A stretch of 64,000 nt of DNA from the human T2T-CHM13v2.0 reference genome, Homo sapiens, in the NCBI RefSeq assembly GCF_009914755.1, contig NC_060928.1. One strand, 5' to 3'. Shown here one piece after another: positions 11,683-25,530 of this stretch (its first letter is position 1; each line of letters starts with the position of its first letter). The position numbers and the translations under genes were made by a program. Below the pieces are notes generated by a model that ran no database searches, was not told the origin of the DNA, and worked only from the letters and a program-made list of their open reading frames with translations.

Positions 11683-13717
11683 ATGAGGAAACTCATCGTG
11701 GGACTCATTTTCTTTAAAATTTGGACTTGTACAGTAAGGACTTCAACTGACCTTCCTCAGACTGAGGACTGTTCCCAGTGTATACGTCAAGTCAATGAGA
11801 TAGGACAAAAGGTTGCTGCAGTCCTATTATTTTATAGTTATTATGAATGTACTGGGACTCTAAAAGGAACTTGTTTGTATAATGCTACTCTGTACAAGAT
11901 ATGTAGCCCAGGAAATGACCAGCCTGATGTGTGCTATAACCCATCTGAGCCCCCTATGACTACTGTTTTTGAAATAAGATTGAGGACTGGCAGCTGGGGA
12001 AAAGCTGATACGAGTAAAGTTGTAACTGGAACAGAAGAGAAAGGCATCCCCAAACAAATTATCTTAAAATTTGATGCCTGTGAGGCAATCAACAGTGACC
12101 CATATGGAAATAGAATAAGACGTGGTTCTCTAGATTGGGAAAGGGGCTATATAGTAGAAAATAAGTATATTGTCATGAATTGAGACTGTGTAGTGATGAA
12201 TGTAGTTACTGTGTCATTTATGCCACCTGGAAAAAAAAAGATGAGAAGGACCCTGTCCACCTTCAAAAAGGAAGGAGTAACTCTTTCTGCACTAGTGGTC
12301 ACTGTAACCCATTAGAACTACTAATTACCTATCCCCTTGATCCCCGTTGGAAAACAGGAGAGTATGTAACTCTAGGAATCAATGGAACTGGACTGGATCC
12401 CCGAGTAAATATTTTAGTCCAAGGGGAGGTCCACAGGCACTCTCCCAAACCAGTGTTTCAGACCTTTTATGATGAGCTGAATCTACCAGCACCCGAGCTT
12501 CCAGGTTTCTCCAGTTGGCAGAAAATGTAGCTCACTCCCTCAATGTTACTTCCTGTTATTTATGTTGGGGAACCACTATGGGAGACCAATGGCCTTGGAA
12601 AGCCTGAGAGTTGGTGCCTACTGATACAGTTCCTGACATAATTCCAGTCCAGAAGTCCTAAACTAGCAACTTCTGGGTCTTAAAAACATCCATTATTGGA
12701 CAATACTGCGTAGCTAGAGAAGGAAAAAACTTCACTGTCCCTGAACTGATCCCTAGGCTCAGCTGCCTAGGACAAAAGCTATATAACAGCATAGCAAAGA
12801 TAGTCACCTGGTGGGGCTTAAACCATGCTGAAAAGAACCCATTCAGTAAGTTTCCTAAGTTGCAAACTGTTTAGGCCCATCCAGAATTTCATCGGGACTG
12901 GACGGTTCCTGCTGGACTGTGTTGAATATGTGGGCATACAGCCTACACCAAACTACCTGACCAATAGACAGGGAGTTGTGTCATGGTACCACTAAGCCAT
13001 CCTCTTTCTTGTTACCTGTAAAGACAGGTGAGCTTCTAGGTTTCCCTGTCTATGCCCCCCGAGAAAAAAGAAGCATAGCCGTAGGTAATTGAAAAGATGA
13101 TGAATGGCCCCTGAGAGAATCTTTAACATTATGGGCCTGCTATCTGGGCAGAAGATGGCTCACAAGGATACCAAACCCCTAATTACATGCTCAACTGGAT
13201 CATACAGTTGCAGGCCGTTTTAGAAATAATCAGTAATGAAATTGGAAAGGCTTTGACTGTTTCAGCCCAGCAGGAAACCCAAATGAGAAATGCCATCTAT
13301 CAGAATAGGTTGGCCCTAGACTACTTGCTAGCAGCTGAAGGAGGAGTTTGTGGAAAATTCAATCTCATTAACTGCTGCTTACAGATAGATGATCAAGGAC
13401 AGGTAGTCGAAAGTATAGCCAGTGAAATGTGAAAACTAGCACATGTACCAGTAAAGGTTTGGCATGGGTTTGATGCTGGATCCCTATTTGGAAAGTGGTT
13501 TCCAGCTCTAGGAGGATTTAAAACTCTTATAATAGGTATAGTAATAGTGTTAGGAACCTGCCTATTGCTCCTTTGTTTGTTTCTCCAACTACTAAGAAGT
13601 TTTGTTGCCACCTTCGTTCATCAGAAAGCTTTAGTGCAAGTGTATTACATGAATCACTATCGATCTGTCTCACAGGAAGACCTGGATAGTGAGGATGAGA
13701 GTGAGAACTCCCACTAG
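11683..13717 (+). pseudogene. env: HERV-E-like env, fragmented
   Basis: Signal-like MRKLIVGLIFFKIW; furin site REKR (13060-13071); immunosuppressive domain [18 protein letters not shown] with CX6CC; TM anchor; multiple stops and frameshifts. Confidence 0.92.
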
Positions 13718-13742
13718 TGAGTGAGGTTCTCAAAGTGAGGAA

Positions 13743-14106
13743 TGAGGAGAGAGGCCATTTCTCTTACTGTCTCCTGTCTCCAAAGAAAAGGAGGAAGTAA
13801 AAACTGAAAAATAACAGACTGATTGTCTCCACTGGCCAGGCCTGTAGGTTAAAGATTAACCTCCATCCTAATCGCTTGTGCTATCTATAGATCACAGACA
13901 ATAGTATAGAGAAATACTTGCTCAATCTATCACTACCCTGTCATGTGGACCCCTTAGAGTTGTAAGCCCTTAAAAGGGCCAGGAACTCTTTCTTCGGGGA
14001 GCTTGGTTCTTGAGACGCAAGTCTGCCGATGCTCTTGGCTGAATAAAACCACTTTCTTCTTTAACCTGGTGTCTGAGGGGTTTTGTCCACAGCTCATCCT
14101 ACTACA
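13743..14106 (+). promoter_or_regulatory. 3' LTR, LTR2 family (LTR2B/2C-like)
   Basis: TG...CA ends, preceded by degenerate PPT aaagtgaggaa; TATA-like cttaaaa ~13970; AATAAA 14042-14047. Confidence 0.85.
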
Positions 14107-14789
14107 ATACCATGGTTCTGTGTCACAAAACATTTTGACATTTTCCCCTTTTCCTCCTGACCGCTGTCTTAGCATTCAACTATCTCTGGTCTGCCTAGTG
14201 AGTTGCAATATATCCTTCTCCTTTCCATCTATAAAAATTCCCTTGACAACATATCTGCTGCCATTCCTTTTTTATTCTTTTTGTCTTTTGAAGTTTGTTT
14301 CCCTTTCCCCCCATTACTCTCATCATAGTCAATTTTAGGAGATAAACTCAATATTGAATTCACTATGTTAAAATAAAAGACACTGTTGTTTTTAATAAAA
14401 TAAACTTTTAATGTGCTTGATTTTTACTTACGTTGAGAGAATTTATAAAACATTAAGTATTTATATTTTAATTATATCATGAACATCCCCAGACTAACTT
14501 TGTTAAGCAAAATAAAAAGCAAAATACAGTAAATTAATAATGATACCTACCATATTTTTCTTGAGCAAAGGAATTCCATAAACATGAGCAAATGGTTGAA
14601 TTGATGAGAAAAATAACTACTACCTGCAGTATTCGATTGTTTCTATTTGTGTCTAGAAAGTACATTTGTCCTGTGTAAAATCCTTGTTGATATTGCATGG
14701 CAGAAGTAATGTTCTTTGCTATGGGTCTAGGATGAGACTTTGGAGTTTCACAATTTTCAGTACATGGGCTTTTGAAATATGCACATGGA

Positions 14790-14960
14790 GGCTGCAATTC
14801 TCATTTTCTCTGTCCACATATTTTCAGTCTTCTGTTCCCAGAATAAAATTTTCCAGACTGCATCTTCACTGTAATATATGCCCATGATAAAAAGAAAACT
14901 CTGCCTCTCTGTGGAATAACTCAGCCAAGGAAATTCCATTTTTATGAGAAAGCCTAGTTT
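14790..14960 (-). mobile_element. Ancient RTE-like LINE C-terminal fragment
   Basis: Minus-strand translation YHGHILQ*RCSLENFILG resembles the RTE YFGHIxRxxSLEKxxxxG motif. Confidence 0.45.
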
Positions 14961-15408
14961 GCCTTGAGATGGTTGATTGAGTTGGAATCTAAAAGCAGAG
15001 TTTCTGATAAGCATTGAAAAGGGAATATCACAACAATCCTGTATTATTATAATCTGATTCTGAAATAATTACAATTTGATATTGGTTTGCTGAAGTAATA
15101 ATTAAGATATGGATTTATAGCATACTTTACATTTCTCACAATATTCTCCTCTAAGTTGCTAATTTTATTCTTTCTACAGTACTGAGAAGTGTAATATGTG
15201 ACATCATTCATGTACAACAGATCAAGTAACAATTGAGTGAGATGCTAACTGGCCCACAGGTCTTCAAGCAGGAGACTAAAGTCTAGAATTCAGGTCCCTT
15301 GAACTGATTTCCACATTCTTTTAACTACATAGCTCTGGCTGTCTTTTATATGTCCAGACACCTCACATAGTTTCATCCAAGATTGTCTTCTAAGTTTAAC
15401 TTGTGTAA

Positions 15409-15774
<366 letters not shown>

Positions 15775-16094
15775 TAGAATCCAGTCTCTGTGTCATTCGC
15801 TTAATGTATGCTTTCTTCTAGTTAGTAATTGCTAGCAACTAAACTCTTATTCACTATTTATGTTTCTGGAAAATCTGAATGTTAACCTTTAAGGCATTTT
15901 TTTTGAGGTGTGTGCATCTATCCCTGTGGTATACATTCTCGGTTTTACGTTCTCGTTCCACTATCTCAATTTTTTGATCTGTTAATACCCTGCTACCTCC
16001 AAGACTCTTTGGGTAAAGAGAACATAGCAAAAAAAGTTGCAAAGGAAGTAGAGAATACTTTGACATAGAGAGAAGGCTTTGTTCACAAGGCAGC

Positions 16095-17188
16095 TGTTTG
16101 GGAAAACCTCTCAAGCTGTTTTCCCTCTGCTCCCATGCCACAACAATCAACACAGAACATTTCTGTGACTACATGTGTGGAGGTTTTTCCCCAAACATCA
16201 AGCAGCAGACACCAGCTGGGGGTCCTCCGATTCAATTCCAACGTTATCATTTGGAGATAGTGTCAGATCCCACAGGTTGAGGGCTCAAGTACCCAAGATC
16301 ACTCCAGTTTAAGACACCAGCCCCCTTTTGGGTTTGATTAATTTGCTGGGTGGCATACAGAACTCAGGGAAACACATTTACTGGTGTATTATAAAGGATA
16401 TTAGAAAGAATATAGATAAAGAAATGCATAGGGTGAGGTATGGGGGAAGGTGTGTGGCACTTGCATGTCCTCCCCAGGTGCACCCCTCTCCAGGAACCTC
16501 CATGTGTTCAGCTATTCAGAAACTCTCCAAACCCTGTCCCCTTGGGTTTTAACGGAGTCTTTGTTACTTAGGCATGATTGATTAAACCACTGGCCATTGG
16601 TATCAACCAGACCTTCAGCCCCTCTTCCATCTCTGGAGCCTGAGGGGTGGGGCTGAAAGTCTTTCCAGTGATCAATCATCATCCTGAGGCTATTAGTCAA
16701 TATTAGCATACAAAAACACAGTACATTGGCGATTTCAAGGATTTTAGGTATTGTATACCAGAAAAAGTGGAGGAAGAACGAATATATATTTCACAATGTA
16801 TTAGTCCATTCTCACACTGCTATGAAGAAATACCCAAGACTGGGTAATTTATAAAGCAAAGAGGTTTAATTGACTCACAGTTTCGCATTGCTGGGGAGGC
16901 CTCAGGAAATTTACAATCATGGCAGAAAGCAAAGGGGAAGCAAGGAACCTTCTTCACAGGGCAGCAGGACAGAGTATGTGCAAGAAGGGGAATATGCCAG
17001 AGGCTTATAAAACCATCAGATCTGGTAAGACTCATTTACTATCACGAGAACAGCATGGGGGAAACCACCCTCATGATCCAATTACCTCCACCTGGTACCA
17101 CCCTTGACACTTGGGGATTATGGGGATTACAGTTCAAAGTGAGATTTGGGTAGGGACACAGAGCCAAACCATATTACACCATATCACA
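16095..17188 (-). mobile_element. MER21-like solo LTR, interrupted by THE1
   Basis: cagacaccagctgggggtcctc...cagatcccacaggttgagggctca motifs; terminal tatcaca resumes after the THE1. Confidence 0.7.
16797..17176 (-). mobile_element. THE1D-like MaLR solo LTR
   Basis: tgtattagtccattctcacactgctatgaagaaatacc...gagccaaaccatatta; TSD cacaa/cacca. Confidence 0.92.
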
Positions 17189-17238
17189 GTGGCAGTCTGG
17201 GCAGTTGTAGGAGAGACCAGGTAAAAGGAAACTTATAA

Positions 17239-17320
17239 CTTCAGCATGAGATACACTTATCTAGTGGAGGGATTGTCTCCCTTCAGCATGAGATACACTT
17301 ATCTGCTGGAGGGATTGTCT
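17239..17320. repeat. 42-bp tandem duplication
   Basis: cttcagcatgagatacacttatct(ag/gc)tggagggattgtct occurs twice, head to tail. Confidence 0.9.
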
Positions 17321-17509
17321 AATGGAGGTCTGTAGGTATTGTTGTGAGACACAGCGAGACACAGTCATACCTTACAACAATAAGGTTCCCTAAGAGTTAT
17401 GGAGAATGAACAAAATGGCTCCAAAGTTTTTTTGGATGGGTTCTAGGGGTATTTGTGTATTTCAGAAACAGATTTCTGAGTTCCTGCAGCACTAAAAGTA
17501 ATCCATATA

Positions 17510-18009
17510 TGTTGGGAATAATGCTCAAAATCCTAAGGAGATTGAACACTCAAACAAAGGATTCTTAGCAAAGCAATTTTACTTCTGCACAGAGGGGTGC
17601 TTCTCCTTGGCCAGTAACCATGAGAGCACACCTGAACAAAGGGGCACAAAAGCCTTTATTCCTGACACAAGTCCTGTACCCTTTCCCCATTGGCCGGGGT
17701 CGGGTCACACAATCTGAACTAATCCTGGTTGGCTAGACATTTGAATTTTCTTTAGATAAGGTGGGCACATAAGGGACAGAGGGGAATAAAAAGGGAAGGG
17801 GTGTCTGCAATGAGCTAGAGAGCTAGTCTCCTTTCCAAATAAGGAAAGGTACTTGAGCTGGTACTGATAAGCCTGGTACTGTGGAGTGTCCTGGCATGCA
17901 ACAAAGGCAGAAAAGGGAAAAAGGAAAAAAGGGTGTGTGTGGGGGTACTACGAATTAAAGAATAAAGGATTGATCAGCTATTTGAAGAGAAACCTCATCA
18001 TATCCCACA
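17510..18009 (-). mobile_element. Solo LTR, 500 bp, family not assigned
   Basis: TGTTGGGA...TCCCACA termini; 5-bp TSD atata/gtata; minus-strand AATAAA (tttatt ~17655). Confidence 0.85.
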
Positions 18010-18117
18010 GTATATAATTCCAAATAGTTGACTGTACAATTTTCAGCAACATAAATAAATCATTCCATTCTTTTCTGATGCTGAAAAATAGACAGGTTTT
18101 TAGGGCAAGAGACATTG

Positions 18118-18701
18118 CGAGACAGAGTAGAGACAAGACTCAGTCCTCACCAGGATTTGGCCCCCATTTTTCCTATACCTGCTGATAACCAGACCTTGCA
18201 GCACCAGCTCCTGTGGTGCCATCCCCACTGACCATGAGACCTTGAAGAAACTAAGATAAGCAGCATCCCGCTATAAGTCTTACTCAAGGGATTTAACTCT
18301 ATTGCCAGCATGTGCACAAGAGCAGAAGAATAACTAACCAATCTTTATCCCATGCCTCATTATGCTACTGAAATCCCCACCCAGCGGATTTATTAGGAGG
18401 GGCTTATCCACCATTTTTTGGTCATGTGATATATGTACTAACATGATTTCTCACTGCAACTGTGTACCCCGTGCTCCACCCTGCACATGTAATGATGCTT
18501 GCCTATCTCATGCATATTCATGTCACCCTTTCTAAAGACACTGCAAAGACCTGTTCTTAGGGAGTTAGCCAGAGAACTATCATCCCAGTGCTGCCTCCCT
18601 TTTGTTTGAGAAGAATCCCCTAGGGAAGCTTTGTCTGGGAAACTTGCTTAGCCTCGTGTCCCTTTTGATTACATGGGAGCCTAAGAATCTGTGGTCATAA
18701 A
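18118..18701 (+). mobile_element. Solo LTR, MER87-like
   Basis: Starts gagacagagtag; GC-richer block ending ggagcctaagaatctgtggtcataa. Confidence 0.6.
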
Positions 18702-19160
18702 AAATGGAATCATCTATGAATGCAATATTTTCAACACGGTGTTGAAAAATACAATTGCAAAATAACATTGAAGGGGTTAATATTGGTGCCCACTAGATTG
18801 ATGTCTCATACAGTGGAGGGGTTCAGCTGCTTGATTCTTGGTAAGTCTATCGTAATCTTGTCTGACACCTGCCATGCAATTTGTCCATGCAACAAAAGCC
18901 CTAGTTGAAACCAGGGCAGAATTCAGCATGTGCAAAGACTGTCACCATCTGATTGTCAGTAGCTATCTCAGGACCAACGAGGAGATCATGTTGTTGGTTG
19001 GCAACAAGACTGATATTGAGAAGTGAGTGATATGCTAGAAACTCTTTAAGAAACTTATTGACCTGTGATGATGAGACTAAGATATGTCTTTTAGCATAGT
19101 GGTGGTTGTGCAAACAGTAAGTCAAGTATAATTGAAATGGGGCAAAATACACAGTGAGCC
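18702..19160 (+). mobile_element. Ancient RTE-like reverse transcriptase fragment
   Basis: Frameshifted motifs in order: IFNTVL, EGVNIG, FSCLILGKSIVILSDT (YADD region), LVETRAEFSM, LRNLLTCDD. Confidence 0.5.
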
Positions 19161-19495
19161 AGAAACACTGAAAATATAGATAACAAAGAACCCCAGGAGT
19201 GGTGGAGGATCAGATAGAATCAGGCTTCTAATAGAAGGTGAGATCATTGGGGGCAGGGGCGGAGGGGTGAATCTAATAGAAAGAAGCTCATGGGTAAATG
19301 GAGAGAGAGAAGGTTGGATAAACTTGCTGAGCTTACAGGAGAGACCGGTAGCTGTCATGCAGGCATTGTATACATGGAGAGGTGAGATCAGAGGTCTTTG
19401 TAAAACAAAGGATTCTTCACCTTGGCATCCCAGGGCCATATACTCACCCTCACTGTGCCCAAAGGAGAATTCCTCTGGAGGCCATATAGATTTTC

Positions 19496-19800
19496 TTTTA
19501 TTTATTTGTTTGTTTATTTTTGAGACAGAGTCTTGCTCTGTTGCCCAGGCTGGAGTGCAGTGGTGCAATCTCAGCTCACTGCAACCTCCACCTCCTGGGC
19601 TCGAGGATTTTCCTGCCTCAGCCTCCTGAGTAGTTGGGACTACAGACGCCCGCCACCACACCTGGCTAATTTTTATATTTTTAGTAGAGACGGGGTTTCA
19701 CCATGTTAGCCAGGATGGTCTCGATCTCCTGACCTTGTGATCCACCCACCTTGGCCTCCCAAAGTGCTGGGATTACAGGCGTGAGCCACCATGCCCGGCC
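19496..19800 (-). mobile_element. AluSc-like
   Basis: Full dimer; TSD tagattttc at 19487-19495 and 19801-19809. Confidence 0.95.
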
Positions 19801-19958
19801 TAGATTTTCAAGAACCTCTACAACTGTGTCTTTGGGTTGAAAGATCATAAACGAGGAAAAACAGTGTGTATGTATACCTTGTGCGGGGGTGGATCCTCAG
19901 CATATCTAATATAGCCTTACTCATTGTTCCCTTGTTTCAATCTATGTTGGTGGGGTAG

Positions 19959-20285
19959 AGTCTTAATCTGTTTGGGAGGCTAAAATAGAATACCATAGAC
20001 TGAATAGCTTATAAATCAAATAATTTTATTTTCTCACAATTTTGGAAGCTTGGAAATACAAAACCAAGAAAGCAGCAGATTTGCTGTCTGGTGAGGGCCT
20101 GCTTCTTGGTTTATAGATGATTCTTCTCACTGTGTTCTTGCTGTGTCCTTGCTGCAGAAGAGAGGAAGCAGCTCTCTGGGGTCTCTTTTATAAGGGCACT
20201 GATTCCATTCATAAGGGCTCTGCCCTCATGACCTAACCACCTGCCAAGGGCCCTACTCCCACATTGGGAGTTAAGATTTCAACCA
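19959..20285 (-). mobile_element. MLT1A-type MaLR LTR
   Basis: taccatagactg...gtctggtgagggcctgctt...ttttataagggcact...ctgccctcatgacctaa. Confidence 0.85.
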
Positions 20286-20689
20286 AAATGTCTATGACAG
20301 GTAGGAATCATAAAACTAAATCATAAAAATAAAAATAAAATAGAACATATTTAGACTGTTTGTATTCAACGTCAAAGTTAAAAATTGGTGTTTGTTATGT
20401 ACCAAAACAAACTGTAAGAATTTAAAAAAATTGGACGTCTTTCACTTTTTAAATTCCATATTTGCCCTGTGCTAAGTAAAACATGGGCTTGATTAATTAA
20501 TTTTTAACTTTTTTAAGTTAAAAAATTAAGACTTTATTTCCTTGAGAGGATAAAAATTTTAATAAGTGAATTTTGAAAGGGAAAATATCTATACACTTCA
20601 ATTTTTTGTTCATTTTCTTGTTTTTGTTAGTGTACACTGAACATTTAAAATCAGCTTCAGGCTAATTGTGGACATTGCCTTATTACTTT

Positions 20690-20830
20690 ATATAGCCTTG
20701 ACTGAGAGTGAGTAATCCATTATGTCAGATAACATTTATTCTTCCTGTTTCTTAGTTTCCTCAGGTGTAAAATAAGAAGATTGATTGACATGATAGCTAA
20801 GGCATTTTCTGAACTATTTTCCATTCTATG
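20690..20830 (+). mobile_element. MIR fragment
   Basis: tttcttagtttcctcaggtgtaaaataagaagattg...atgatagctaagg, the MIR core. Confidence 0.55.
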
Positions 20831-21009
20831 TACATTGAGTTCATGCTACTCCTAATGCATACATAATCCCTTCATTTCATAAATATGCTCCTCTCTCAGA
20901 CCTGGATTGCTTTATATTTGTTTTTTCTTTATCTCTGTACATTTTCTATTTATAGGCATGAGGATTCTGTGATATGCATGTTACTACAACAGCGTTTTTG
21001 TTGTTGTTT

Positions 21010-21500
21010 TTTCTCTGATGCACAAATTTAAAAGCAGCTAGCCTATTTACCTCTTTTCTGTTTAGCACTTAGGTCCCTCATGATTAGGTTGAAGTGAATT
21101 TCTTCATCTGTCAGTGGCTTTTTTAGTCTCAGGACAGACATAACATTTTTACAATTTACTTGTTTTCACATTCGATTTGTACAATTTGCTCCCTCAATGC
21201 AAGGACTCAAATGATGCTTTACATTTTCTGTTTATTTGTGTGGAGGTTTGGCCCATTATGCCTGATGGACTTCTAAAATCACTCACTAACTCCTACAGAA
21301 TTCTTTGTGTCTCTTTTTTGGAAATGTGAAAACTTATCTACCCAAGCAATGTGATTATTTTCTTTGTGTTTCTTTTCTATTTGTTTTTCCTCTCTCAACA
21401 CCCAAAGCAACTTCTCTTTGCCACAATACTTCTGTTTCTCATTTTTTGTCATATTCTGATTTCTTGAGAAAGAAATCTTAGTGGAATTGAGAAATAGCAA
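21010..21500 (-). mobile_element. Possible ancient RTE/L4-like LINE fragment (pre-RT region)
   Basis: Minus-strand translation ...DLSAKQKRGK*AS... resembles the LKxGKAxGxD motif; lysine-rich linker upstream. Confidence 0.35.
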
Positions 21501-22247
21501 TTTGGTTTTTGTTTTTCTGTTTGTTTCTTGACATTCTCCTTTCTTTCACTTTCATCAGCACAGACCTTTGTTAGAGTGCATTTACGTGCAAGTTTGTTCT
21601 GAGAACATTATTTAATAAAGTCAGGTATCTGGTTCTCTGAGAATGTGAAGAAATACGAGAGGACTATTAAATGCTGCAATTAAGAAAATAGGCAATGACT
21701 GTGTACTAGTCAGCTTATATCAGAAAGGTGAATTTCTTGATTCCTATTATAACTCCTTGTTGCTAATACTTAGAATAAACAAAAGGGAGAATGGAAACAG
21801 TTTAAAGAAGGCTGGTAAAGTTAGTAAATCTTGGTTCTGAGTCTTTGATTCCTTCCTCTGGACCATGTCCACATGTCCCTTATGCAATAGATCAGTTTAA
21901 ATTCGTGAAATAACAGGGTATATTTTTAGCCCATTTTGCATTCTGTATTTCCTTTTTGGGCAGTCTCATAGTCTTAATGATGATCTTTTCTTAGTCTGGA
22001 TTATCTGATCACAAGGAACTGATACCAACTCAAATTATCTATGAAAAAAATTGTGAAACCAGAGAAGAACCACATGGAAACCAAGTGCAAAAAGGTTAGC
22101 TTGGCTTTATATGAACTGCAACATCCCTAGGTTTCAATTCTCTCTGTCTTTTAAGGGATTCTTATACTGCTTTTCTGGGTCTGTCACCTTCATTTCCCTC
22201 TCACTCTGCAGTCTAATTTTTTTCTTCCTGTTTTTCTATAGCCTTTC

Positions 22248-22800
22248 AGGGCCGCTCCAATATGGAGTATTGCTCTCAGACGAATGCAAGAGGAAACACT
22301 TTTGTGAGGTGTGCTGTCTGTTCTCATCCCCCTTCTAGTCTAGTCTAGATAGCTGGGATTCTGGAATTCTCTAATCTACCAGGAGTAATTTTCCTCCTCG
22401 GGCACATCTTTCTGAGGGCAGCCCACGCAGCCAGTGTGTGCATCCTTGGGCATCAGCGTTGGCAATGGGATAGGCATTTGCAAGGGGTATTTGGATCTTC
22501 GACATGTGAGTGTGTGGCAGTTGATTTAAAGACAGAGCTCTATGTAGAACGAGAAGGGATGCCGATCATGATCCAGAGCACTAGCTAGTTCTCCGCATTC
22601 TTGCTGGGAATTTCAAGGATTCTGAGAATACTGTATTCAAATCTGTCATCATAATGGTGTAGTTGTCAGCATAGGAGTCTAGAACATATCTTTTAAGCAA
22701 TATATTAGTTTCATTTTGTGATTTTGAAATATATGTATTTGTGGTATATGGAATTCCATTTGTATTTCTGTCCTGGACCCCATAAATATAATGAGGGAGT
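22248..22800. mobile_element. Possible old hAT-type DNA transposon remnant
   Basis: Starts cagggccg; GC-richer body; ends near tcctggaccccataaat. Resemblance only. Confidence 0.35.
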
Positions 22801-24589
22801 TATGCTAATGTGGATATTTACAGAACATTCCCCTATAACTGAATTAGTCTTTAATTCACGTTTAACGTTATCCGGGGTAGAAACTACTTTTTCAAACTTA
22901 AGTGAGGTGTTCATGCATGAGTCTTTCACAGATATGTCAAACTCTATTGTTTAAAGTTAAATTAATTACCTTCCACTCTTAATGTACTACCCTTACATTT
23001 CATCCTTTCAACGTATTTTTATTGAAAACCCATTCTGAACCAGGCACTATGCTAGTCACTGGAGAAAAAATGGTGAACAAAAACATACGTTGTCCCTATT
23101 CTGATGTAGTGGAAGAAACAGGTTCCATATTTGGTAGACGGGAGCACCACCATCTACCTTGTTATCAATCACCAGATCTTCAATTTATACATGATTTTTT
23201 CTCCCTATGTATAGCCAATTAGTTATTAATCCTTGTTCATCTCTTTAATTGTTTTTCTATTTCTTCACATTTTGCTTATCCCCACTGCCACTGTCTTAAT
23301 TCCATCTTAATTTTTCTTCTGTCACATAGACTCTTGTTTGGGCTTTTTTTTTTCTTTCTTATCTTTAGTATTGTTTTTCTCAAACACCTACATATCTAAA
23401 ATGGAAAACTGTCATTTTACATTCTTGATTATAATCCAATCATGTTATGAGGTAGCTCCTGTTCCCTAAATGCCTTCGCTCACCCATCCTCCAAAACAAA
23501 TACTAACTCCTTATGGAATAAAGTTTAATTTACCTCGGGAGGAAATGCCATCTATAAACAGCTTTCTACTTACCTTCTTCCATAGAAAATGCTTCCCATT
23601 TTCTAAATTTGAATATTTCATTTCAACAGCAGCAATGTCTGAGTTCTGTAACTTTGCTCCCGATACCTAGAAACCCTTTCTCACCAAAATTTTACCTGTT
23701 CCAAACTCATCTACCTCTCACCCAAAACACACACACAAGTGTGGTTAGGTTCCTTTTCAATGGGCTTTTACTGCAAACGCCCACGCATAAGAGTATTAGA
23801 GCATCTACTGAAAGTAATGAAATAGTGTGCTTACACACACACACCCCCTTGTCGAATAACACCCTTATACATATTCATTCCATTAGATTTTAACTACTCA
23901 AGGGGAAGCGCTGGTTTTATGATAAAGCAGATCAACAATAAATAGATTAAGGAAATACATAAAAAGTTTGATAACTTGTGGTTTCTCAGATTTGACCTAT
24001 CAATGCTCCTTTTCTCTGTTTTCAAGATTGATTTTGTTGCTTTTGTTCATCTTGTATCTCCTGGTGTAAAACTTTTCCAGAGGAAACACGTATCTCTCAG
24101 AGATAAATTCTGGAGCAAATAGTTATTGTTTTGAATTCAGGCAGAATAAAACAGTTCAGAGATTTTCACTCACTTACACCACACTGAATAAACTCTAGCG
24201 ACTCATCCTGAATATAGAGTGGTATAATATGTAAACTCTTCATCTTCAAAAGTTTTCAGCCTGCAATATGAGAATTTTCATTTTAAGTATCTGAAGGTAA
24301 CCCATATTCCAAGGAAGTTTATACCATCACAGGAATAAAGGAACAGTCTAGTGAAATAGCCTAGTTATGTGATATTTACTGGCTGAAATTCCAAATATAC
24401 TGTCCCCATGGTGTATGCCTTCTTCCAGGAACAGCTACATTGGGCAGGCTGTAGGAATGATTATTGGCATATCTAACATTTAAGAGTTCTTTAGGTGAAT
24501 TTTAAATTTTATTTATATGAGTTAAGTAAATAGCAGCAGAATGTATTCATTTAATGTGACCATTTAAATCCAAGTAGATATTATAGACC

Positions 24590-24840
24590 ACAAGTTTTGA
24601 TATGTTTTTATTTCCTTTCAGTTCCAAATACTTTCCAACTCTCCTTTGATTTTTTTTGAACTTGACAATGGGCTACTTTAAAGTGTTACTTCACTTTCAA
24701 ATACTTGAATATTTTCAGATATGTTTCTGTTAATAATTTCTAATTTAATTATATTGTGGTAAGAGAACATATTTTGTTTTATTTGAATTTTTATAACTTT
24801 ATTAAGATTTATTTTTTGGTTGAAAATATGGTCTATTGTC
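24590..24840 (-). mobile_element. Old L1M ORF2 (endonuclease region) fragment
   Basis: tttctaatttaattatattgtggtaagagaacat...ttattaagatttatttt...atatggtctat. Confidence 0.75.
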
Positions 24841-25146
24841 TCATAATGTGCTAAATACTAGGAATACACAAATAAATGACATGAAAAATTATTAAACAAT
24901 TCATAATCTTTTGTTTAATAGATATGTTTACAAATTATAAATGCATTACAAAGAATAAATGTTATAAATACCAGAGATATGTGTACAAAATTCCATAGAA
25001 TATTACTGTGGTTTTGTCAGGGAGCAAGTTATGATCTAGAAAGAATCATCATTTTATTGGTACTTACTGCAGAACAGGACACAGGAGAGATGAATCATAT
25101 TTGTTTCAACCTTGGGAGTTAATACTGTTTTTCTCATATTACATAT

Positions 25147-25530
<384 letters not shown>

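Larger units (their letters stand above)
8175..14106 (+). mobile_element. Harlequin/HERV-E-type mosaic provirus lacking 5' LTR, gag and RT
   Basis: AT-rich MER4-group-like segment (~8350-9250); integrase C-terminus (WEGRYLV...WTHH, ~9300-9510); first env fragment (~10420-10940); HERV-E-like integrase and env; degenerate PPT and 3' LTR2-type LTR. Confidence 0.85.

Noticed and set aside
18961-19026. IMLLVGNKTDIEK looks like a Rab GTPase G4 motif
   Set aside because: No P-loop or DTAGQ at suitable spacing, an immediate stop follows, and surrounding motifs fit a decayed RTE-type RT better.
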